Below, in pieces: positions 1-7,487 of a stretch of DNA of 64,000 bases (its first letter is position 1; each line of letters begins with the position of its first letter). The position numbers and the translations under genes are program-made. Origin of the DNA: an uncultured virus (IMG/VR IMGVR_UViG_3300042484_001250) (Duplodnaviria > Heunggongvirae > Uroviricota > Caudoviricetes); the IMG/VR virus record IMGVR_UViG_3300042484_001250, positions 62,001-126,000 of that record. One strand, given 5' to 3'. Under the pieces are notes generated by a model. The model did not search any database, was not told where the DNA came from, and saw only the letters and a list, made by a program, of their open reading frames with translations.

Positions 1-129
1 ACTGGTACACCATACAAATTAACTTTCACATCTAATGTTCCTTTAACAAATACCGCTGGTTTATTCTATACTGAATTAGCAGATGCAGTTGATGGAAAAG
101 GAAATAAGATTGGATTAAATGTAGAGTAA
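1..129 (+). CDS. 3' end of a cohesin-domain secreted protein (partial), paralog of the next gene
   Basis: Frame 1 reads TGTPYKLTFTSNVPLTNTAGLFYTELADAVDGKGNKIGLNVE*, which aligns with the C-terminus of 129..2063 (EYKLTFT...TNTIGL...DAVNVSG); TAATG stop/start overlap. Confidence 0.75.
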   Translation, partial: TGTPYKLTFTSNVPLTNTAGLFYTELADAVDGKGNKIGLNVE

Positions 130-2063
130 TGAGAAAACTACTTGTTGTAATATTAATATTATTATCCAGTAGTATATCCATAGCACAATCCATTACACAA
201 CCGCTCTCTAAAAAGTTTGAATTAAACGTAAGTGGGCAGGCGTGTAGTGGATTTGTTTTGAATGGGTTTACTTCTACTGATATTTTATTGGCATCAATAG
301 GGTTTATCAATCCACCCGCGGGTACAACATTTAACATAACCACAACAACTGGTTTAACACCAGCATCTGGATTTACTTTAACTGGTAATAAAGCTAGATT
401 AGTATTTACAGGTACACAAGCAAACATAAATGCAGCATTAGCAACGTTAAGAATAAATACAGGTACAACTGCTGGTAGTGTTCAGATATCGGTATCGGCA
501 ACTGTAAATCCACCAGGATATTATTATAATCCAATCAATGGACACTTTTATTTACCAGTAACTCCGGGAGCATCTTATACGGCAGCTAGAGCAGCATCTC
601 TATTAACTACATTTAAAGGTCAAACGGGATATTTGGTAACGATTACTTCTGCCGATGAAAATGCATTTATATTTGCTAATGTACCACAAGCTAATATATG
701 GTTTGCGGCAACGGATGAAGTTAAAGATGGAACTTGGGTAATTGATGCTGGGCCTGAAAAGGGAACGATAATGAAAACATCAAATGGACAATTTACAGGA
801 AACGTTTCGGATGTGTATAATAACTGGGCACCTGGTGAACCAAATGGAAATAATGGTAGCGAAAATTATGCGGTAACAAATTGGAATGGACAATCAACTT
901 GGAACGATTTATCAAATAATTGGACTAATCCATACATAATTGAATATGGAACTTGGACTAACCCTAGTGCACAAACATTTACAAACTTCTTTTCGGCAAA
1001 CGTAATAAACCCAATAGATGTACCAACCTCAAAGGTTAATTTTTATTTTGGTGGTGGTATAAATCCAGCACAATGGACAGTAAAAAGCTATACTGCAAAT
1101 GGTACAACTGCTGTAAGTGCAACTACTGGTTTAGCTTTGGGAGCAAATGGTAGTGTAAATAACATTAGTGATTTTAACAAAACTAAAACGGATATGGTAA
1201 TGTACCTATCCAAATTACCATCTACTACATTATCTAATTTGTATGGAAGTGTATTAACTGTGGGAGATGCTTATTTAGCATTTCAAGAGTTAGCAAATAG
1301 AGGATTAAGTGGAACTGAAAGTAATACTTTTACAAGTGGAGTACAATTCTTAAACGCAGATGTGGATGGTAATAATATATTTAACGAATTGGATTCATAT
1401 AGAATATTACAACACGTTATAGGTGGTACACCAATAGTTTCAACTTGGAGTGAAGATAATTTATTTAGGTTAATAAATAAAACTACATTTGATGGGATAA
1501 CCAAAGCAAATTGGGCAACTATAAATGTACCATACAAAGCAAACTATCCATTGGCAGTTGATGCTGGTATAAGTGATTATGTTTATAATGTGGTTGTTGC
1601 ACCAAAGGGGGATGTAAACCTTTCACATACAATAGCACAAAATAGACCGGCAACTCAAAGTACAAATCGTACAATGAATTTAAGTATGCCTATGGAAGTA
1701 TCAACCTATGTATCAAGCGAAATAGTGGATGGTAAGGTAGTAGTAACTATAAAAGTTAATACATTGGGGCAATTGGTAAAAGGGATTCAATTAAAGTTAA
1801 ACTATGATAGTGATATTTTAAAATATGAAAATACCGAATATACAACTTCTGGTAATCCTTTAAACTTTTCAAATGATATTGGCAACTGCATAAGTTTTGG
1901 TTCTTTAATTTATAATAGTAATGGTTTATTAAACAATAATACGGAATACAAATTAACATTTACACCAAAAGAAGTCATAACTAATACAATTGGTTTAACA
2001 TCAATTGAGGGAATTGATGCGGTGAATGTGAGTGGTTCAACTCTTAAAATTAAAAACTTATAA
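129..2063 (+). CDS. Secreted protein with C-type lectin, dockerin-like and C-terminal cohesin-like domains
   Basis: Signal peptide ending SIA|Q; CTL motifs GHFY, GYLVTITSADEN, YNNWAPGEPN, WNDL; EF-hand-like ADVDGNNIFNELD and GDVNLSH; cohesin-like VKGIQLKLNYDSDILKY. Confidence 0.75.
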   Translation: MRKLLVVILILLSSSISIAQSITQPLSKKFELNVSGQACSGFVLNGFTSTDILLASIGFINPPAGTTFNITTTTGLTPASGFTLTGNKARLVFTGTQANINAALATLRINTGTTAGSVQISVSATVNPPGYYYNPINGHFYLPVTPGASYTAARAASLLTTFKGQTGYLVTITSADENAFIFANVPQANIWFAATDEVKDGTWVIDAGPEKGTIMKTSNGQFTGNVSDVYNNWAPGEPNGNNGSENYAVTNWNGQSTWNDLSNNWTNPYIIEYGTWTNPSAQTFTNFFSANVINPIDVPTSKVNFYFGGGINPAQWTVKSYTANGTTAVSATTGLALGANGSVNNISDFNKTKTDMVMYLSKLPSTTLSNLYGSVLTVGDAYLAFQELANRGLSGTESNTFTSGVQFLNADVDGNNIFNELDSYRILQHVIGGTPIVSTWSEDNLFRLINKTTFDGITKANWATINVPYKANYPLAVDAGISDYVYNVVVAPKGDVNLSHTIAQNRPATQSTNRTMNLSMPMEVSTYVSSEIVDGKVVVTIKVNTLGQLVKGIQLKLNYDSDILKYENTEYTTSGNPLNFSNDIGNCISFGSLIYNSNGLLNNNTEYKLTFTPKEVITNTIGLTSIEGIDAVNVSGSTLKIKNL

Positions 2064-2962
2064 TGAAAAAGTTTATAATTACTCTTATCTTTATACTTAC
2101 AGTACAAATGTGGGGATATTCTCAAACTGTATCAATACCGGATACTATGCAACTATCCGCAAAGGAATTATTTGATGAAAGTGATGATTGGAATGATTTG
2201 GGTATATTAGAATCTTATATTGATTTTTCAAAAGATGTTCTATCATCATCTAATCTATCAGTTGGTATAATTGGAAGGCAAGTATCAACTACTATAAATT
2301 TAGGATATAGTAAGTGGTCTAAAAATGGTATGTATGGGCATTCATTTTCAACATCAATAAATCCAATATGGAAATACTATGGGTTGGGTTATGGATTTAG
2401 TAAAAATACGGATAAAAGAACAACAACTTTACAATCATTTTATTCAACCGATTTTGATTTTCAAAAAGATATTAACCTTTCATTCATAGATGTTTATAGA
2501 ACTAAAAAGTGGGGAACATTTGGATATAGTTTAATAGCATCAAAAACATTTTGGGGTTCTTATGAGGGAGAATGGGAAGGAAAATATACAATAGATTCGG
2601 ATGGCAACTTTTTAGATTTAATATATCCAACTATTCCTGCATCATCTCAATTAACTTATAAAGGAATGTTGATGTACACTTATACATTTAAAACAAAGAT
2701 GATTGATATATCGCCACAACTATTTGGTATGAGTGATGTTTATGTAGATTTTAAAGATGGTACTGAATCTGATTTGGCTTATGTAAATGATTTCAATTTA
2801 GACTTGTATTATGGTACATCTTTGGATTGGAAAATAACTAAGAGATTCGTATTGAATACTAACATTAGATTTAATAAGACTTGGGATAGATTATCCGAAT
2901 CCGCTGGTTATAAAAAGAGTAACCCAATAATGTTTATGATTGGAACAAACTTTCAATTTTAA
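2063..2962 (+). CDS. Putative outer-membrane beta-barrel protein
   Basis: Signal peptide (GYS|Q), alternating amphipathic strands, C-terminal GTNFQF BAM-type signal. Confidence 0.65.
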   Translation: MKKFIITLIFILTVQMWGYSQTVSIPDTMQLSAKELFDESDDWNDLGILESYIDFSKDVLSSSNLSVGIIGRQVSTTINLGYSKWSKNGMYGHSFSTSINPIWKYYGLGYGFSKNTDKRTTTLQSFYSTDFDFQKDINLSFIDVYRTKKWGTFGYSLIASKTFWGSYEGEWEGKYTIDSDGNFLDLIYPTIPASSQLTYKGMLMYTYTFKTKMIDISPQLFGMSDVYVDFKDGTESDLAYVNDFNLDLYYGTSLDWKITKRFVLNTNIRFNKTWDRLSESAGYKKSNPIMFMIGTNFQF

Positions 2963-2965
2963 GGT

Positions 2966-3310
2966 ATGAAGTGGAGTAAAATTATAATTTGGTGTTGTGT
3001 ACTTTCTATAATATCTTGTCAAAACGAAGATATGGTAGAGCCACAAATAATTGATATTTTTAAGGTAGAGCAATCTATGGTATCAAATAAAAGTGAAATT
3101 AGTTTTAATGTGCAAAAGGAAGGGATATACATTGTAACTATGGTAGATAAAAATACCAATCAAGTTCTAAGTAGAGAAAAAATAAAATGTATTATAGGTA
3201 AAAATAAAATAAAGGTTTATACGAAAACAATACCAAGTCAATATTTATATTTGACATTGGAAGATAGTTTTGATAATCAGTTAGGAAAAACAACAATAAC
3301 AATAAAATAA
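2966..3310 (+). CDS. Lipoprotein with Ig-like (FlgD-Ig/T9SS-CTD-like) domain
   Basis: Lipobox IIS|C followed by QNED; GIYIVTM...GKNKIKVYTKTIPSQYLYL pattern; paralog of next gene. Confidence 0.6.
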   Translation: MKWSKIIIWCCVLSIISCQNEDMVEPQIIDIFKVEQSMVSNKSEISFNVQKEGIYIVTMVDKNTNQVLSREKIKCIIGKNKIKVYTKTIPSQYLYLTLEDSFDNQLGKTTITIK

Positions 3311-3312
3311 AG

Positions 3313-3684
3313 ATGAAAAAAGTATTAGGATTATTAGCAATGATTTGCATAGTTGCAAGTTGTACCAATGAAGATTTGTTAGTACCAACAACAACGGAAG
3401 TAACTGAAAAATTACAAATAGTTGGCAATATGGGTATTAAAGTAGAAACTCCATTTGTAAAAAATGAAGTTGCTATGAATGTAAAAGCTGAAACTGCTGG
3501 AACATATGTAGTAAAGATATTAAACATAGCAAACAAATCAGTATCAAAAGAAGAAGTAACTATAAAAGCTGGTAACAATCTATTAAAGATTTATGCAAAC
3601 GCTTTACCATCTTCAGCATATAGAATTGGTCTATTCGATTTAGAAGGAAACTTACTTGGGATAGCAGATTTTAACAAGTTATAA
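3313..3684 (+). CDS. Lipoprotein with Ig-like (FlgD-Ig/T9SS-CTD-like) domain
   Basis: Lipobox VAS|C followed by TNED; AGTYVVKI...AGNNLLKIYANALPSSAYRI pattern. Confidence 0.6.
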   Translation: MKKVLGLLAMICIVASCTNEDLLVPTTTEVTEKLQIVGNMGIKVETPFVKNEVAMNVKAETAGTYVVKILNIANKSVSKEEVTIKAGNNLLKIYANALPSSAYRIGLFDLEGNLLGIADFNKL

Positions 3685-3711
3685 TTAAAACAAATATAAA
3701 TAAAGAATAAA

Positions 3712-4041
3712 ATGTCAGAGGAAACAGAAAACTCAGGAGGAGGTTCATTAAAGAGTATTTTAATTGGACTTGCTAGCACAATCGCATTGGGAGTTGGTGG
3801 TTATGTAACCAAGCAACTAACAGGTGAAAAAGATGAACCGGCAGCAGCAACATCAGCACCAGCACCGGTAATTAACATTACTAACTCAAACCAACAATCA
3901 CAGAGAGCAGCCGGAGGCGGTGGAACTAAAGTGATTGAGAGAGTAATAGAAAAACCAGCAGCTCAAACTCAACCAGCACCTGCTCCTAAACCAAAGAAAA
4001 AAGAAGGAGACGAGTTCAAAGAAGAAAAACCTCAATGGTAA
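3712..4041 (+). CDS. Single-pass membrane protein with Pro/Ala/Gln-rich tail
   Basis: Hydrophobic ILIGLASTIALGVGGYV, then a low-complexity linker. Confidence 0.55.
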   Translation: MSEETENSGGGSLKSILIGLASTIALGVGGYVTKQLTGEKDEPAAATSAPAPVINITNSNQQSQRAAGGGGTKVIERVIEKPAAQTQPAPAPKPKKKEGDEFKEEKPQW

Positions 4042-4047
4042 TATAAT

Positions 4048-4383
4048 ATGGAGAATCAACAACCTGATGGATTTAAGCAACTCTTAAATCAAATGATGAA
4101 ACGTAGGTGGTTAATTACATTAATTGTGTTAATTACTTTTATGTTTACTACATTTGGAATTATGATTTCTATTCATATAGATACGGCTGTTGGACAAGAA
4201 TGGAAAGAATTATTACTTTTATTATTAGGGGCATTTATTGGTTCTTATGGTAAAATTATAGATTACTGGTTTTCTGATACTGATAAAGATAAGATGTTAG
4301 TTCAGAAAATGGATGAAGAAGATGGAGTATCTCTTTCAAATACCGGTGGAGCAGCAGAATCATCGGAAGAAGAATTAGGTTAA
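4048..4383 (+). CDS. Small two-TM membrane protein (holin-like)
   Basis: Two hydrophobic helices, IIDYWFS motif, acidic C-terminus ending EEELG. Confidence 0.55.
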   Translation: MENQQPDGFKQLLNQMMKRRWLITLIVLITFMFTTFGIMISIHIDTAVGQEWKELLLLLLGAFIGSYGKIIDYWFSDTDKDKMLVQKMDEEDGVSLSNTGGAAESSEEELG

Positions 4384-4457
4384 ATTTTATAATAATAAGT
4401 TATACCCAAATACGTTTTAATAATTGGTTATATAAAATAACAATTAAATAAAAGATT

Positions 4458-4745
4458 ATGGGATTTTTTAAAGAATTATTCAGCGATGATAACCAAATCA
4501 ATGAGAAATCAGTAGTTGGATTCGCATCATTCGCAGTAATGGTAATATGTATCGCTGTTGATTTAGTGACTGGATATTTGGGAAAAGAATTAGTGATTAA
4601 CGAATATGTGTTTAACGCATTTCTAACACTAACATTAGGTTCATTTGGTATCGGTTCAGTTGATAAGTTTATCAACAAAAAAGCAGAAAACGATAAAGCT
4701 AAAATTGAAGCAGATAGTTCAACCGATGAGGAAGAATTAGGATAG
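4458..4745 (+). CDS. Small two-TM membrane protein (holin-like)
   Basis: Two hydrophobic helices, LGSFGIGSVDKF, charged tail ending EEELG. Confidence 0.55.
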   Translation: MGFFKELFSDDNQINEKSVVGFASFAVMVICIAVDLVTGYLGKELVINEYVFNAFLTLTLGSFGIGSVDKFINKKAENDKAKIEADSSTDEEELG

Positions 4746-4746
4746 T

Positions 4747-4781
4747 AAAAAAGGGAGAAAGTTTTTTTCTCCCTTTTTTTT
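4747..4781. terminator. Intrinsic terminator, probably bidirectional
   Basis: AAAAAAGGGAGAAA-gtttt-TTTCTCCCTTTTTTTT stem-loop with A- and T-tracts. Confidence 0.85.
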
Positions 4782-4782
4782 A

Positions 4783-4790
4783 TATTTATA
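4783..4790 (+). promoter_or_regulatory. Putative phage late promoter TATTTATA (representative copy)
   Basis: The same octamer recurs 17-28 nt upstream of most operon starts (see findings). Confidence 0.7.
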
Positions 4791-4813
4791 CATAAACAAA
4801 AACAAATTTATGT

Positions 4814-5533
4814 ATGAAAAAATTATTAGGATTATTAAGTTTATGTTTGTTAAGCAGTGTTGCAATAGGACAAACGGTAGGTAAAACTCAAACGGAAAAC
4901 TATAAAGCATCGTTTGAAACCAAAGTAGACATTAGTGAGTTAATGGATTATGATGGACCTACTATTCCAGTACAAATACTTAAATGTGGAATCAGCGATG
5001 AAATTTTGGAACAGTATCCGGAACTTAAAGAGAAGAAGGTGGGCTTGGGTGTTGCTAATATATCTATGGAATACCTTGAAAATCTCAATCGTTTTACTTT
5101 TACTGAAGATAAGACAGAGCTGAAAAACAGAATGGTGAAGCAATTCCAAGCTTCTCAATCGGGTATCACTCAAGACAAATTAGATGGTAGAGGTAAAATA
5201 CGTTTAGCGCATTACTTTGTTACAATCGAAGTATATGATTTCTCCGTTTCCGAAGATGAGACAGTTAATCTAAAAGATGGAGTAAAGAATAAGATGGTTA
5301 CTCGTCTGGGTTTGCAAGTTCGTTTTACTGATGCCGAAACTGGTGAAGTATTTGGAGCAAGTGGTTTAGGTGAAGCAACTACAACCAGAGAGTTATCTTT
5401 AATATCAGATGCAACAATTGATGATGTTAAATTTAACCAATCAACAATCGGAACATCTACAAAGAAAGCATTAGATATTGCTTGTAGTAGAATTCTTCTT
5501 CGTATGATTAAGAAGGGGAAGTTCCCAAAATAA
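4814..5533 (+). CDS. csgG: CsgG/HfaB-family protein
   Basis: Signal peptide; YLENLNRFTFTE, AHYFVTIEVYDFS and LGLQVRFTDAETGEV match the CsgG/TolB-N-like fold pattern; no lipobox Cys. Confidence 0.65.
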   Translation: MKKLLGLLSLCLLSSVAIGQTVGKTQTENYKASFETKVDISELMDYDGPTIPVQILKCGISDEILEQYPELKEKKVGLGVANISMEYLENLNRFTFTEDKTELKNRMVKQFQASQSGITQDKLDGRGKIRLAHYFVTIEVYDFSVSEDETVNLKDGVKNKMVTRLGLQVRFTDAETGEVFGASGLGEATTTRELSLISDATIDDVKFNQSTIGTSTKKALDIACSRILLRMIKKGKFPK

Positions 5534-5539
5534 TTTATT

Positions 5540-6280
5540 ATGACAAAAAGAGAAGTAGTATATAATGCCAGTTTGGCAGTATTAGCCTATTCCCAAAAAG
5601 AACAAATTAAGTGGAGTGATTATGGGTTAGAGTTAGTGAAGTGGATTGAGAATAAAAAATCAGATACACAGGGTTTTGTAGCAACAAGAGATAAATCAAT
5701 CTATGTTGTATGGAGAGGTAGTGAATCAAAGAAGGATTTCCAAAACGATGCTTCAATTGATAAAGTACCATTCTTAAACGAAGGTGAGAAAGTTCACATT
5801 GGATTTAAGAGTTGTTGGGAATCGGTAGTAGGTGATACCTATGATGCAATTGATATTGCATTAGAAAACCTACAAGGAGAAACTACGGATATTGTAGTTT
5901 GTGGACATAGTTTGGGTGGAGCAGTGGCAACATTGTATGCACACTCAATTAAAAAACACTATCCACATTACAACATTAAATCCGTAACAATTGGAAGTCC
6001 AAGAGTTGGTAACAAAGTATTCAAAGATAATTACGATTCGTATGAGATTGATACTTTGAGAGTAGTACATAATAATGATTTGGTAACACATACACCATAC
6101 ATTAGATTTTACCACGTAAACTATCAATTACGATTGGATAATAATGGTAATGTATTAAAGAGAGATACATCATTAAACGCATTGTGGTTATACCTAAAAG
6201 CATTATTTTCAGGTAAAAATATCAAAGACCATATGTGTGATGGATATATGACTGCATTACAAAACTGGGTAGCAAAATAG
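5540..6280 (+). CDS. Lipase class 3
   Basis: WRGS oxyanion motif, VHIGF, GHSLGGA nucleophile elbow, GSPRVGN, NDLVTHTP, DH. Confidence 0.92.
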   Translation: MTKREVVYNASLAVLAYSQKEQIKWSDYGLELVKWIENKKSDTQGFVATRDKSIYVVWRGSESKKDFQNDASIDKVPFLNEGEKVHIGFKSCWESVVGDTYDAIDIALENLQGETTDIVVCGHSLGGAVATLYAHSIKKHYPHYNIKSVTIGSPRVGNKVFKDNYDSYEIDTLRVVHNNDLVTHTPYIRFYHVNYQLRLDNNGNVLKRDTSLNALWLYLKALFSGKNIKDHMCDGYMTALQNWVAK

Positions 6281-6281
6281 T

Positions 6282-6590
6282 ATGTCAACAATAAGGGTTA
6301 CATTATATGAAGATGAGGAAGTATTAGTGGAATGTGATTATCTTTTCAATAAAACTAAAATTGCTATGCATATAAGTTTTAATGAGGAAGTATGGTCACA
6401 TTCTTTTTTTAAACGGATGATGGATATTTATGAGGGTATTCTTCAAAACTTTAAGAATGAGGGTTATAACGAAATATACGGAGCACCCCCAAAAGGAAAT
6501 ATTAAAGCAAAGAAGTTAGCACAAATGTTTGGATTCAAAGATTGGTTTGAAAACAATGAGTTATACTTAATGAGAATGGAAATAAACTAA
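6282..6590 (+). CDS. Small GNAT-like acyltransferase
   Basis: C-terminal NIKAKKLAQMFGF resembles GNAT motif B (NxxAxxxxxxxGF). Confidence 0.45.
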   Translation: MSTIRVTLYEDEEVLVECDYLFNKTKIAMHISFNEEVWSHSFFKRMMDIYEGILQNFKNEGYNEIYGAPPKGNIKAKKLAQMFGFKDWFENNELYLMRMEIN

Positions 6591-6602
6591 ACAACTAAAA
6601 TT

Positions 6603-7403
6603 ATGGGAAGCGCTGGAAAAGCAATCGAAAAGGCATTTGTAGATGCCGGAAATGCAATTAATGATAATGTTATTCAACCAATTGGAAATGCGGTGGTGGA
6701 TGCGGGTAACGCAATTAATGATGCTGTTATTCAACCAATGATTGGTGGTGTTAATACCGCAATTGGTAGTGTAGAAGATGCATACAACTATTCAGTAGCA
6801 TTTGCTACCGATAGTGCACATAGAGTAGAAAGTGCAGCTTGTACTATTGCAAGTACTACCGAAGAATTTGCAAAGGTGGGGTTCGATGTGACTCAAAACG
6901 AATTTGTTCAATTATCTAAACAAGCTGAACAACAAATCGTAGCGGGTGTTGAAATTGTGGCAGCAGGTGCGGTAGCTGCATACAATTGGGCAGATGCAAA
7001 TGCTTGTACAATTGGAATAACTGCGGCAATCTCTATGGGTTGTGTTGCAGCATTTACACCGGCTCAACCTGCTGGAGCAGCAACTTCAACCACATTGTCT
7101 TTAATGGCTACACCTGTTCTTTATACGGCAGATATGGCAGCTAAAATGGCAGTATCAACTGAAATGGGAAAAATAGTTGCTGATGGATTTTTATCAATAC
7201 CCGGTGTTGGTGGAAATGTTGATACACAATTATTAAGAAATGTATGCTCAAATTGTATCTATTATAGTTTAGATTCAGCTGCATTATGGGCAACGCCTGC
7301 TGGAGTTGGTATCGCAATCGGAGCTGCAGTAGCACCAGTTGTTGCATCTTTAGTATGTACTAGAACTTGCCCTAATGGATTTAGTAAAGCATTGGGTGCA
7401 TAA
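6603..7403 (+). CDS. Ala/Gly/Cys-rich hydrophobic protein with MG N-terminus
   Basis: MGSAGK start, duplicated VDAGNAINDxVIQP, several hydrophobic helices and Cys residues. Confidence 0.6.
   Translation: MGSAGKAIEKAFVDAGNAINDNVIQPIGNAVVDAGNAINDAVIQPMIGGVNTAIGSVEDAYNYSVAFATDSAHRVESAACTIASTTEEFAKVGFDVTQNEFVQLSKQAEQQIVAGVEIVAAGAVAAYNWADANACTIGITAAISMGCVAAFTPAQPAGAATSTTLSLMATPVLYTADMAAKMAVSTEMGKIVADGFLSIPGVGGNVDTQLLRNVCSNCIYYSLDSAALWATPAGVGIAIGAAVAPVVASLVCTRTCPNGFSKALGA
6639..6737 (+). repeat. Imperfect 45-bp tandem duplication encoding VDAGNAIND[NA]VIQP
   Basis: gtagatgccggaaatgcaattaatgataatgttattcaacca versus gtggatgcgggtaacgcaattaatgatgctgttattcaacca. Confidence 0.85.
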
Positions 7404-7410
7404 TACAAAC

Positions 7411-7427
7411 TTAACAATTTGTTAATA
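7411..7427 (+). promoter_or_regulatory. Candidate Pho-box/OmpR-family operator
   Basis: TTAACA (7411) and TTAATA (7422) at 11-bp spacing; 7411-7425 is also a palindrome (TTAACAA-T-TTGTTAA). Confidence 0.4.
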
Positions 7428-7487
7428 CTAAAAGTATAATTTTATTAAGGTAGTTTCCTATATATTGATGAAAATTAAAACATCAAT

